Shown: positions 26,620-36,259 of the stretch, piece by piece
Numbering within the stretch: position 1 is the first letter of the stretch
Layout of the letters: the number at the start of each line of letters is the position of its first letter
Assembly (NCBI GenBank): GCA_947626545.1
Contig: CANQSS010000005.1
Location: 6,706 to 70,705 of the forward strand
Source of the DNA: an uncultured Akkermansia sp.
Lineage (GTDB): Bacteria; Verrucomicrobiota; Verrucomicrobiia; Verrucomicrobiales; Akkermansiaceae
DNA length: 64,000 nucleotides
Direction of reading: 5' to 3'
Made by a program: the position numbers and the translations under genes
The notes under the pieces: generated by a model
The model's database searches: none
Seen by the model: only the letters and a program-made list of their open reading frames with translations
What the model was told of the DNA's origin: nothing

Positions 26620-27738
26620 TCATGAGATTGGGGTGATCATCTTAATCAATTTATATATAATCATTTTTAATGATTTTTTTGATTGTCCTCGTTCGCTAAT
26701 CTTACCATCAAGCAACAACTTTGCATCTTGAACATAGGGAGCTGCTTTCTCCAACCATGCTTTACTCTCCGCTTCCAACTTATGGGCTTTACCTTTATAA
26801 TAAAGTCCTAAGTGATACTGGGCTATAACAAATCCTTGACCAGCGGCCATTAGCAAATAGTGCTCATGATCCCCGTAATACTCTTCATAGGTGCCCAAAA
26901 AGAATTGAGCAATTAGATCTCCATTTTCAGCAGCTTGTTCTATCAGGGAATAATACTTTTGGTCGTTCTCTGCAAACAAAGTCACGTAAACCATACATGC
27001 CAGTGAAAATCCCTCATCAGCCATAGCTTTCAAGATATCTTTCCCTTTTCCGTTATTCCCCGAGCACACACAATCAAATATGAGCATCAACTGATTTTGC
27101 AAATGGGAAAATAACGCATAAGGTTCTCCTTCCCTATGCGTTGTTTCATTCAAATTTATCTCGGGAATATTGGTATTCAATATATAGCCAAAATTGCGCT
27201 CCAGCACATCATACATAGAACCATCATCATCAACAAAGAATGATTTCGTGTCGGCGATGTTAAACTCTCCTTTTAAAACCTTATCTATCATCCTTTCAGC
27301 GTCTTTGCAAATTTCAAGGAGTTTCTTATCATCTTCCGAGAGGGAGCCCAAACTTTCCAATTTTTGGATAACACTCCTAAAATTTTCTTGCGCACTTCCG
27401 GGATTAAGACACAAACAATTAATTATTCCCAGCACGAATTTCGTTTCTATACAAGCGTGAATATCTATCATCTCCGCGCTACGAAGCGCCTGTCTATAAC
27501 AATTTCTCGCATGTATTAGATTCTTATAAGAAAAAACTTCACCACAAATTGCTTTCTTAATATAGAATTCTGCTTCTTTTGTTAAATTGTCATATTCAGT
27601 ACTTAGTTGCGCATCTTTCACATGAGAATCTGAAGCATCGTTCAATTCTTCCACCGCTGTGAGTTGCATAGTCAGACAGGCTCCCATAGTGAAGAGCATG
27701 CGCACGACCTGATTTTTGAATATATTCATAGAAGTCAC
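26620..27738 (-). CDS. Secreted Sel1-like/TPR repeat protein
   Basis: 372 aa with an N-terminal signal-like segment. C-terminal Sel1-type repeats (GDLIAQFFLGTYEEYYG..., GFVIAQYHLGLYYKGKA...AWLEKAA). Confidence 0.65.
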   Translation of the reverse strand: MTSMNIFKNQVVRMLFTMGACLTMQLTAVEELNDASDSHVKDAQLSTEYDNLTKEAEFYIKKAICGEVFSYKNLIHARNCYRQALRSAEMIDIHACIETKFVLGIINCLCLNPGSAQENFRSVIQKLESLGSLSEDDKKLLEICKDAERMIDKVLKGEFNIADTKSFFVDDDGSMYDVLERNFGYILNTNIPEINLNETTHREGEPYALFSHLQNQLMLIFDCVCSGNNGKGKDILKAMADEGFSLACMVYVTLFAENDQKYYSLIEQAAENGDLIAQFFLGTYEEYYGDHEHYLLMAAGQGFVIAQYHLGLYYKGKAHKLEAESKAWLEKAAPYVQDAKLLLDGKISERGQSKKSLKMIIYKLIKMITPIS

Positions 27739-28412
27739 GGTTTTAGAGTATATATAATTATTTTTGCTTTTTTATTATTATTCCTGGCTGAACTAAGCAA
27801 CCAGAGAAGGGCCAATAGGTTGTCCTGCACCACTCCTTTCCCCCGCAAATACAGACATCCCAAGATGTATTGTGCACGGTCATTCTCCGCGTACGCTGCG
27901 GCTCTGTACACAGAGATTACCTTTTTAGAAGGTCTCGTACTCAGTTGCCCCCTTCCCAATGCCTCCTCTTGTCCGTTGATGCCCCATTTGTTTGTTCCTG
28001 GTTCGCCCTCCATTTCAAGTCCCAACCATAGTCGTATAAGAAAAAATACAGGAGTTACAACCCACCACCCACTTCTCCCGATGTCATGTAACCGACTTAT
28101 GGATACATCTATAAGTAAATACAAGAAGTAAAAACACAGTATAGAGTAAATACCAAATGAGATGTCGCCAATCTTTCCTTCGCTAACAAGGAATTGAGCA
28201 CAGAGAAGGCTTCCTAATGACTCATATACGAGTGTTATGATGATCAGGTTTAAATAAAGAAAAATCCGCTTCTTTTTATACAATTCTAAGGCAATCCTTT
28301 TCTTTTTCTGGGGTACATAAAAATCCCATATCATCCTTTTCATTGCTTTTCCAATTTCGCTTCTGTTGGTTCTTGATCTCATCGACGTACCTTTGCTATG
28401 CTGTTGGATCAC
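27735..28412 (-). CDS. DUF805 membrane protein with a C-terminal Sel1 repeat
   Basis: 225 aa. DUF805 core ISRLHDIGRSGWWVV...GEPGTNKWG. C-terminal AENDRAQYILGCLYLRGKGVVQDNLLALLWLLSSA. Has a 4-nt overlap with the downstream gene. Confidence 0.7.
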   Translation of the reverse strand: MIQQHSKGTSMRSRTNRSEIGKAMKRMIWDFYVPQKKKRIALELYKKKRIFLYLNLIIITLVYESLGSLLCAQFLVSEGKIGDISFGIYSILCFYFLYLLIDVSISRLHDIGRSGWWVVTPVFFLIRLWLGLEMEGEPGTNKWGINGQEEALGRGQLSTRPSKKVISVYRAAAYAENDRAQYILGCLYLRGKGVVQDNLLALLWLLSSARNNNKKAKIIIYTLKP

Positions 28413-28415
28413 CGT

Positions 28416-29015
28416 TTATTTTGAGGCATTACTCTGTTCCCTCTCGAGATATTTTCCTATGTGATATATTGCTAATTTGGCTACTACGACCTCCTGTACT
28501 GAAATTTTAGGATCGTGTGATTCGAGAAAACTCTCAAAAAACTTCTTTGCTTTTTCCAAATCTTCCTTGTATCCGTCATTGAAGAACATCAGTGTACCCG
28601 CCTGCTCTGGTCTGAAATGTTCAAAAAATACTGCCGAGAACACTTTGTAAGCAGCCTCCCGATATAGGACAGGGTGAGAGGAAAGAGACGGAAGTTGAGC
28701 TATAAGGTTGCTATAGTTATGATTTTTTACCTCATGTTCTTCTTCCCAAAGCTTGTTCAGAATTTCATGAAAATATTTCTCCGTTGTATCTGCGTTCCCT
28801 CTCGTGAAACACTTCCTGACCTCCTCTCCATCTTTTTCATTCATCTCCCGATCTAATTTTATATTGATCGCTTTTTGTAAGAATGAACAAAAAAGAATGA
28901 ACGGCACCAAGTTCATGAAAGTCTCCCCTGTTTTATGGATAGTTATCCACAGGTATTTCTGCATGTTCCTTCTTGTTTTCATCATCGTTATCGGAGAGAA
29001 ATGAGGATTGTTCAA
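28416..29015 (-). CDS. Hypothetical protein
   Basis: 199-aa ORF, AT-rich, co-directional and tightly packed. The true start may be the internal MNLVPFILF... (about 28916). No recognised motif. Confidence 0.5.
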   Translation of the reverse strand: MNNPHFSPITMMKTRRNMQKYLWITIHKTGETFMNLVPFILFCSFLQKAINIKLDREMNEKDGEEVRKCFTRGNADTTEKYFHEILNKLWEEEHEVKNHNYSNLIAQLPSLSSHPVLYREAAYKVFSAVFFEHFRPEQAGTLMFFNDGYKEDLEKAKKFFESFLESHDPKISVQEVVVAKLAIYHIGKYLEREQSNASK

Positions 29016-29090
29016 ATCCGTGTGGTACAGATGTTCCCTCGTCGTGGTTTTTCTTTTATCCTTGATACATCTAAATCAAAGGTATCAAAC

Positions 29091-29888
29091 TTACAAGAAA
29101 GAGGCAAAGGCTCGATTCATGCTTACGATGTAGGCTTGCCTCTTAATGCCGAACCGTTCAAAGGTCTGCAAAGCTATTGCTTTCTTCCTTAATGCTTCTT
29201 GTACCTTCCTGATTGTGTTTTTCTCTCCCACACGCTCAGCATCGTCAAAAATGATCACGAAATCCTCTGCTAAATTCCCGTTATCGATCAAATCAACTAC
29301 ATTGGATCGCGGCAAATTCTTCCCTCCTCCCACAGGACCATCTACAATAATCAAATCAAACTTTTGATCTTCCACCAATTCCAACAATCCTGCATATTTG
29401 TCATTCCTCTTGCATCGGTACTCAAAATACTCTAAATCGAGGTGATTGATGTGGATGTGCTCATGTTCTGGTAGCTCCTGCTGATAAATTTTTATCCAAT
29501 CGCGGCTGTGCTCGCATACATTGAGGTAGGCTTCGGGATTTTTGTACGCAATATACTGAGTCGTCAACTTCGTCGTCTGTCCCAAGCCGAACTCCAAGAT
29601 GTTTTGCGGCTCAATCTTGTCCAGGATGCGGAACAGCAGATAGATAAAGCTGTAATTAGCTGCCCAGTTGTGCAGGTCGAAAGTCTGGTTTTTCACCCAA
29701 GAGCTTTCTCTCATGCCGTCATGCAAGAGATGAGCGTAATTGAGTTCTTTCAGCTCGTTGTAGCAAAGACCCAGCTTCTGCTCTATGGCAGCGAGTCGTT
29801 GTTCATGCTGGCGAGCTAGCTCCCGCAACGTTGCCGGTTTTTCCTTGGGGCAGCGAGAAGTTCTCTTTTTTGATGGGTTATTTTGCAT
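29091..29888 (-). CDS. Probable class I SAM-dependent methyltransferase
   Basis: 265 aa. ILEFGLGQTT (motif-I-like) and DLIIVDGPVGGGKNLPR. Overlaps the upstream gene by 11 nt. Confidence 0.55.
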   Translation of the reverse strand: MQNNPSKKRTSRCPKEKPATLRELARQHEQRLAAIEQKLGLCYNELKELNYAHLLHDGMRESSWVKNQTFDLHNWAANYSFIYLLFRILDKIEPQNILEFGLGQTTKLTTQYIAYKNPEAYLNVCEHSRDWIKIYQQELPEHEHIHINHLDLEYFEYRCKRNDKYAGLLELVEDQKFDLIIVDGPVGGGKNLPRSNVVDLIDNGNLAEDFVIIFDDAERVGEKNTIRKVQEALRKKAIALQTFERFGIKRQAYIVSMNRAFASFL

Positions 29889-32868
29889 GGCTGATTGCTT
29901 TGTAGATTTTATCTGTCAACGCGTCGATGTTTTTCTGAATCGCTTCCGATGTCGGGTTGAGTTTTAGGATCGTTTCCTTCAATTCTTCTCGCGAGTATGG
30001 ATGTGGCTGCTGTTCATACTCAACCCATACTTCTTGTTCATCCCTCACGGGCATCTCATAGCGCCATGGTTTATTGTGCCACACGGCGATAGGTGAGGAT
30101 AGTATCTCCTTTCCGTCAATTTTGATGGATTTATAGTCAAGCCACACCGGGAACCTCTTACCTTCAAAACGTACATCCGGCCCCATAAAATTCAGAGTGA
30201 GATTGCCATCCCCACTGGTGAAAATCTTTATTCTCTTCTTGTCTGTTGTACTTGTCAGAACTCGTCCTTCACCCTTCGCATCGCAAAACCAACTCGGTGC
30301 TGTGATCGTGCAGTTCCGTGCTTCAATCGCGATGGCGTTTTTTTCTGTGCCAACATTCTTGATATCAATGCGCGCCTGTTTCAGCTGATCTAAAATGTGT
30401 TCTTTGAGCAATGATTCGGTACTCTTCAACGGACGATGACCTCTACACCAATCTAACAACATTAATTTCTTCCTAGGTTTATAATATTCGCCGGTATCTA
30501 TATCGTAGGCTAACTCAGGAAGTTTAATTTGCTGTCCCATAAAAAGATTAATGTGTTGACTGCTCCAATGAGATGTCCCACTGGCAGGAGTAAATGTCAT
30601 TTCTCCAAATTTGACTTCCCCATTATTAAGGAGGTAAAAATCCACTCGAACATAGTTAAATCCATCGGATAGCTTTTCTGCCAGCTGAATCATCAATTCA
30701 AGATTAGCAGGTTTGGGAATGGTTTTAGTGTCTAAGGGATAAGAAGACGTAAAATCCTGCTTCTCCCATTGTCGGTTATAAAACGCCACCTTCAAACCAG
30801 ACAGATTTCGCTCGGATAAAAATTCGATATAGATGACTTTGCCATTAAAACAAAAAAACTTGTAATCATACAGATCATTTGTTCCTTCATTTTCAAGGTA
30901 GGCCTCAACAAGAATCTTAGGTTTGATATCCCGATAATGAAGCTCAAAACCATTCTTAAATGCAAAGTTCTCACACATCCACCTATCCACCTTCTGCTTG
31001 GCATCGTTGAGATCAAGTTGAGATTTGTCTCTGACTACAATATTATAGCCACAACCATGGTTGCATTTAATCACGAATTGATTGGGTAACTTTTCAAAAT
31101 TAATGTCTTCGAACTGATCATAAACGCCTAACAGTGGAATAAGATATTTCTCGCCGATTTTCTCTTTCACCCATTCACGCACAAGATATTTGTCAGCCAG
31201 CCTCGTCTTGATAGGCGTTGAATCATAGAGCTTGAGCCACTGAATCTTCTCGTTAAATGTTTTTGGAGCTCTCAAATTCAAGCGCCTACCCGTCTGTTTT
31301 TGAAACCATTCAGAAAGAGCAACGGCGTAGTTGACTATTTTAGTTTCCAAGTTAATAAATTGCACTCCTCTGAAATTGCATCTACTTCCGAAAAACCATT
31401 CCTTGAGTGCTTTTTCGGAAGCTGCTCCCAGTGAAACTTGCAAAACGGATGCGATTTTATCCGATGAGATGAACCGTCTGATTAAATTCTCGTCTGTAGC
31501 ATTTTGAACGACAAAGTGTACTTTGGAGGCCTCCTCCTGAACAATTTCTTGTAGCCGTTGCTTGTTAGAATCCCATGAAACCGACAAGTCAAAAACGCAG
31601 CACACCCGCTGGGAGTCTCGTATCGAAATCCTGTTCCTGACGTAGCTCAAATAGAATAACACAGAATCCGATAATGAAGGCTCTACGGAGATGGGGATCC
31701 CCATGATAGAACGCTTTTTGTATCCCCCTGTAAATTTGATTTGTGCATACGGAATGCCCAGGATCTGCTTTACTTCCATATCTGAAGAATAGCGATGCTT
31801 CCACAAAGTAAGTCCCAGGAAGCGGAATTGTATCGCGTTAGAGCTTACCCGCATACCTGATAGGCGTTTTGCTTGCAGAATCCGGCAGACGACCTTGTAG
31901 TCATGATTGCTGATGAGGTGTGCGATAAAATAGTACGAAGGAGAATACCTTTTCAGGAATTCCTGCACAGCCGGGGTGTTGTCAAAGTGATTCTTAATAT
32001 ATTGCTTGATGGAATCGAAGAAAAAGCGCTTCTTTTCATCACCCGTTACCCCATACGTCTTCAGGTGCCATATATAGGAAAACAGGATCACAGCTTTAAA
32101 GCCTGCCTCGCAGGCGGGAAACGCCGGGTATTGCCGGCATCTCTCGAAAGAATATTCATACGCCTGAATAACACAGGACAAATCCTCCCCTTTCGTCAAC
32201 CTCGTGTTCCCTTTGCGGTTGTGACGATAGTAATAGTAAGCCTTGTTATGCACCATCATTCGGTCAGCAGCTATGGCAACCTCATAGGCAAAGCTTGCAT
32301 CGTTTGTGTTTTGAATCGTCTGGAAGCGGATCTTGTTCTTGATCAGAAATTCTCTTCGATATATTTTGTTGAAAGGATAAACAATCAGGCTCCATATAAA
32401 ATTTCCTAAATCTCTTGCATTGAAAATTTTACCCTTACAGAAATCAGTAACAAACAGTTTCGAAAAAGGACCCTCATAATTCATTCGTTGTCCAAAATCG
32501 TTGTAAAAGCCGCAGAAAAGGACATCTAATCTGAACTTTTGAGTGAGAGCGTAGAGTTCTTCGAGCATGGTCACATCACAGTAATCATCCGGGTCAAAAA
32601 ACATAACCCATTCGCCTAGGGCGTGGCCAAGCCCTGTATTACGGGCGGAGCCGGCAAATGAATGTTTGTTCCGGAAGAGCCGGATACGGGCATCTTTTGC
32701 CATGAACTCGCGAATAATGTCCACTGACGCATCTGTAGAGCCATCATCCACACAAATAACCTCAATCTCCCGCAAGGTCTGGTTCAGCAGACATGACAGC
32801 GAATGCTTCAGGTAGGCTGCCACATTGTAAACGGGCAGAATGACTGATACTTTTACTTCATCTGGCAT
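29878..32868 (-). CDS. Three-module protein: GT2 glycosyltransferase + TupA-like ATP-grasp amidoligase + C-terminal beta-rich domain
   Basis: 996 aa. N-terminus is VSVILPVYNVAAYLKHSLSCLLNQTLREIEVICVDDGSTD (GT2). The middle is FNEKIQWLKLYDSTPIKTRLADKYLVREWV...FVIKCNHGCGYNIVV...YDYKFFCFNGKV (TupA-like ATP-grasp). The C-terminus contains AVWHNKPWRY. Confidence 0.88.
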   Translation of the reverse strand: MPDEVKVSVILPVYNVAAYLKHSLSCLLNQTLREIEVICVDDGSTDASVDIIREFMAKDARIRLFRNKHSFAGSARNTGLGHALGEWVMFFDPDDYCDVTMLEELYALTQKFRLDVLFCGFYNDFGQRMNYEGPFSKLFVTDFCKGKIFNARDLGNFIWSLIVYPFNKIYRREFLIKNKIRFQTIQNTNDASFAYEVAIAADRMMVHNKAYYYYRHNRKGNTRLTKGEDLSCVIQAYEYSFERCRQYPAFPACEAGFKAVILFSYIWHLKTYGVTGDEKKRFFFDSIKQYIKNHFDNTPAVQEFLKRYSPSYYFIAHLISNHDYKVVCRILQAKRLSGMRVSSNAIQFRFLGLTLWKHRYSSDMEVKQILGIPYAQIKFTGGYKKRSIMGIPISVEPSLSDSVLFYLSYVRNRISIRDSQRVCCVFDLSVSWDSNKQRLQEIVQEEASKVHFVVQNATDENLIRRFISSDKIASVLQVSLGAASEKALKEWFFGSRCNFRGVQFINLETKIVNYAVALSEWFQKQTGRRLNLRAPKTFNEKIQWLKLYDSTPIKTRLADKYLVREWVKEKIGEKYLIPLLGVYDQFEDINFEKLPNQFVIKCNHGCGYNIVVRDKSQLDLNDAKQKVDRWMCENFAFKNGFELHYRDIKPKILVEAYLENEGTNDLYDYKFFCFNGKVIYIEFLSERNLSGLKVAFYNRQWEKQDFTSSYPLDTKTIPKPANLELMIQLAEKLSDGFNYVRVDFYLLNNGEVKFGEMTFTPASGTSHWSSQHINLFMGQQIKLPELAYDIDTGEYYKPRKKLMLLDWCRGHRPLKSTESLLKEHILDQLKQARIDIKNVGTEKNAIAIEARNCTITAPSWFCDAKGEGRVLTSTTDKKRIKIFTSGDGNLTLNFMGPDVRFEGKRFPVWLDYKSIKIDGKEILSSPIAVWHNKPWRYEMPVRDEQEVWVEYEQQPHPYSREELKETILKLNPTSEAIQKNIDALTDKIYKAISHAK

Positions 32869-32912
32869 AATGTATCATTTTGTTTTTTATTCCATCTTCC
32901 GAACGAGGTATA

Positions 32913-33992
32913 TTAATTCTCAAGTGTCTTCCACACGGTCACCCCGAAGAAGTTAATCTTCCGGGTGGTTTCCAAAAAATTAATTGATACGACCGGGATC
33001 CCCAGAAAGTAGTATCGAGTCCTTTCGGGGGAAATTTTGTGTATGGTCAGCACTCGTACTGCTCCAAATAGCATATAAGTTTTCTTAGATGTCTTGAATG
33101 GTTCAGGAGGAGGGGGCGGGACCTTCTTGACAGGAGGAATAACTATTTTTTCCTTAATGGATAAATTAAAAAGATCGTTGAAATTAAATTGATAAAATCC
33201 CCAATGATCTTTGTAAACTACGGTCATGTCTTTTCCACGAAAGAACGCCAGAAGATCACAAATTCCACTACGCAAAGCATGAATGGAGTGACAATTCAAT
33301 CCGAGCCAAAGAGCCTCTTCTAAGCTCATGTTCAAATGTATGGCTCCTTTAAGAGGAAACGGATGAAGAGCGTTGATGATAACTTTCAATCCCTGCCTTG
33401 CATACTCTGCGATTTCCTTTTCCCAGTATGCATCAATTTCTCTCGTCATCTGAAATTTATCCCCACATTCAGGAATTAAAAGAACCATCTGAGAAAGCTG
33501 ACCCAGTTGCGATACCCTATTCATGAACTCAGTCGACACCGTAATATTATCTGACTTTGGGCGTTCAAAATAATCCCAACACGAAGAAGGGATCTGCAAA
33601 AGATATTCAAAATAATTGCGCATCCTGAACGTTTGTCTATTGATCGCCCTACGAGGATCCAATTCCCTATGATTTCCAAAAAAGGCGACCCAAACTGCCC
33701 CCTTACGTAAACGAGGCGTCTGATCAGAAATTGCTGTCAACCTATCGCATGCAATCCCAGAAAAACCCTCAGCCGCAAAATCCAATACATCATAGTCATC
33801 CACTCCGTACATCTTCATGATAACTTCGTGACTCCGACGGATCAGGAAATGAAAGGGTCCTCCCCATCTCTGCTCCATATATCGGCGTAAACCTAGATAA
33901 ACCAAGGTGTCACCGCATCCGGCAGATAGCAGAATGTAATACTTCTCCGGGTCAAGACGAATATTCGAGAGACGTACGATTGGTTTACTCAT
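32913..33992 (-). CDS. Hypothetical protein, paralogue of 38876..39820 (possible glycosyltransferase-like fold)
   Basis: The ORF 32913..34019 start codon reads TTG. I prefer ATG at 33992 (MSKPIVRLSN...). It shares ALRSG(I/L)CD(L/V)L and surrounding similarity with 38876..39820. Confidence 0.65.
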   Translation of the reverse strand: MSKPIVRLSNIRLDPEKYYILLSAGCGDTLVYLGLRRYMEQRWGGPFHFLIRRSHEVIMKMYGVDDYDVLDFAAEGFSGIACDRLTAISDQTPRLRKGAVWVAFFGNHRELDPRRAINRQTFRMRNYFEYLLQIPSSCWDYFERPKSDNITVSTEFMNRVSQLGQLSQMVLLIPECGDKFQMTREIDAYWEKEIAEYARQGLKVIINALHPFPLKGAIHLNMSLEEALWLGLNCHSIHALRSGICDLLAFFRGKDMTVVYKDHWGFYQFNFNDLFNLSIKEKIVIPPVKKVPPPPPEPFKTSKKTYMLFGAVRVLTIHKISPERTRYYFLGIPVVSINFLETTRKINFFGVTVWKTLEN

Positions 33993-34094
33993 AACAGGTA
34001 AAATATGTGGGCTGACCAAATTGTTTCCCGCTGAAATTTTCCTCCTCTTTTTGACTTCTGCGGGATTTCAAATACGTATTAATACTTAAATTCA

Positions 34095-36197
34095 TCAACT
34101 AAAACTTACTCGGTTAATTGTTTCCTTAGCATCCCTGATCAAAATCTTTAGCTCCCTCTTACGCTCGATAAGTTTTCTCCTCTTTTTACCAACACTAAAT
34201 AGAATTCGCATACGAATTCTTCTCAACTTTCTTTCCAGTTGAGGCAACACTTCCATGGCACGTAAAATTTCCTTCATTTTTTCTTCGCTACAGCTTATTA
34301 ATTTCTGAAATTTTACCCCACTGTCGCTAATTAATTTCTGAAAATCCGGAATCTTCTTTTCACTCTCGGACTTTTGGAACAGTTCCTTCTGTATGTTCGC
34401 GATGTGTTCATAAAGGATCGTTTCATAAAATGGAGTTTTACGTGCATAGTGCCAAAAATAAGTGCTCAGAGGATCATCATATGCACTGTTCCACGGTTTT
34501 TTGTGTCCACAGTAATGAACAATCCAAGGATCTCCTCTGCTAGTCAAGTATTCAAACAAGTCTGAGGCGGCCATCTTTTGCATCCAATCGTTTACATGCA
34601 AGGTTATTGAAGACTCAACGTTCCACCTGACGTCCAAAAACGATGTTCTTCCCTTGAAAACTATATTCATAACATCTTGATCATTGAGTCTTAAGCTGCC
34701 AACTCTTTTCTCGAGTGTTTCAAGCAGTTGTGAAAGTATGTCCTCTCTGACCATTTGTCGGACGTTCATTAGCAGAACTCCCGCATTAAAATACTGCTTA
34801 ACATTGTCCAATCCAATCACCTCCCTAACGTATTTCCTCCAGAAATCTGAAACATTAGATAACAAGCACAATCCTCTATCTCTGATTACCGCTGCTAGTG
34901 AATTATTATCCAATTCGGTTTCATACAACTTTGCTACATCTCTTTTTACAACTAAGTCGCAATCTAAATAAAGGAGCTTATCGTAATTTTTAAAAATTAG
35001 CGGAATGAAAAACCTGTTGTAAGTGTTGATGGAGTGGTACGATTTAGTTTGAAAGATGTCAGGTAATGATGCAAAATAGGGTTTAACGTTGACGAATCGG
35101 ATCAATATATTCTTTTTTTGTAATTGTTTAATCAAGTTTTGATCTTCCAAAGACATTTCCTGATACAAGATGCAAATATCATAATTATTTGAATCCGAAG
35201 CATTTTCTATCAGAGACTGTATGGTCGTGACCAGATATGGCAAATAACGCTGATTTGAACTCAAACAAACAGCGATATTTTTCTCACTGAAGCCAGGTTC
35301 AACAGTCGGACATTCAAGTACAGGTGTCTCTTCTACAAGTGTCCTCTTCAATTCCAACACATTCAGATTTTTTGTAGTTTTGTTGTGGAACAGCCATATT
35401 CCGAACAATCGCTCGGCAATATATCCTATTACCCTCGTTTCTTGAACATTGTATCGTGATATATCAAGCTTTTTTTCTACTTCAAACAAGATTGTAAAGA
35501 GCCATTGAGCAAACTCGTGAAACAACTCGCGCCGCATTACAAAGCAGTTTGTGAAATATCCATACTTTTGGGAGTTATATTTTTTTGCGCTCTCTACATT
35601 TTGAGGGGAGATTTCCTCCATCACTTGCAAGGCAATCTCGTAGTCATGAATGTGGTGAAATTTCTTGTACTGCTCATATACAGTCTGAACTTTCGCATAT
35701 CCCACATCTAATTTTTCGGCCACAGCAATGTCGTAATCTTTTACGACGTTGGTAATCTGCTCACGCGTCAGGTGGAAGGTCCGGACATACCCGTCGTCCA
35801 TCTTTCGCCAAGTAATGACACCTCCTCCGTTCGGTTTGAGAGAATTATTCAAATCAAAGCACAGATGCCTTCGGTAGTGCATAAGACCAATATAATCAGG
35901 GTCTCCTAATTTATCATAATTCTTCCATGCCCAATACAAAGCTGTTAATTCACAATATCTACGATTCAGGTGAGAAATATTCTCGCCCGTATCATCACCA
36001 AGGGATATATTGTCAATCATCCACTGATAATCATCAGCAGATATGTAGCCATCTCTTGTGGCCTCTCTTGCGATCGCCCTCCCTGTATGGATGGGAACTA
36101 AGATATCGCTCTTGAGGAGGGTAGCCGGTTTGTTATATGCAACCAATATTTTTACTGTGGGTTGGGTTTTCATTTTATAGTTCGATTGATTTTTCAC
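34095..36197 (-). CDS. Bifunctional DUF4422 + GT8 glycosyltransferase
   Basis: 700 aa. N-terminus is ILVAYNKPATLLKSDILVPIHTGRA...CELTALYWAWKNY...GLMHYRRHL (DUF4422). C-terminus is IAVCLSSNQRYLPYLVTTIQS...YLDCDLVVKRDVAKLY...YFNAGVLLMNV (GT8). The start may be the internal MKTQPTV (9th codon). Confidence 0.88.
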   Translation of the reverse strand: MKNQSNYKMKTQPTVKILVAYNKPATLLKSDILVPIHTGRAIAREATRDGYISADDYQWMIDNISLGDDTGENISHLNRRYCELTALYWAWKNYDKLGDPDYIGLMHYRRHLCFDLNNSLKPNGGGVITWRKMDDGYVRTFHLTREQITNVVKDYDIAVAEKLDVGYAKVQTVYEQYKKFHHIHDYEIALQVMEEISPQNVESAKKYNSQKYGYFTNCFVMRRELFHEFAQWLFTILFEVEKKLDISRYNVQETRVIGYIAERLFGIWLFHNKTTKNLNVLELKRTLVEETPVLECPTVEPGFSEKNIAVCLSSNQRYLPYLVTTIQSLIENASDSNNYDICILYQEMSLEDQNLIKQLQKKNILIRFVNVKPYFASLPDIFQTKSYHSINTYNRFFIPLIFKNYDKLLYLDCDLVVKRDVAKLYETELDNNSLAAVIRDRGLCLLSNVSDFWRKYVREVIGLDNVKQYFNAGVLLMNVRQMVREDILSQLLETLEKRVGSLRLNDQDVMNIVFKGRTSFLDVRWNVESSITLHVNDWMQKMAASDLFEYLTSRGDPWIVHYCGHKKPWNSAYDDPLSTYFWHYARKTPFYETILYEHIANIQKELFQKSESEKKIPDFQKLISDSGVKFQKLISCSEEKMKEILRAMEVLPQLERKLRRIRMRILFSVGKKRRKLIERKRELKILIRDAKETINRVSFS

Positions 36198-36259
36198 GCG
36201 TTTCTCCTGTCATCTTGACTTCTATAGCGATTTCTCAGTTTTTATTGTCTTTTATCTGT

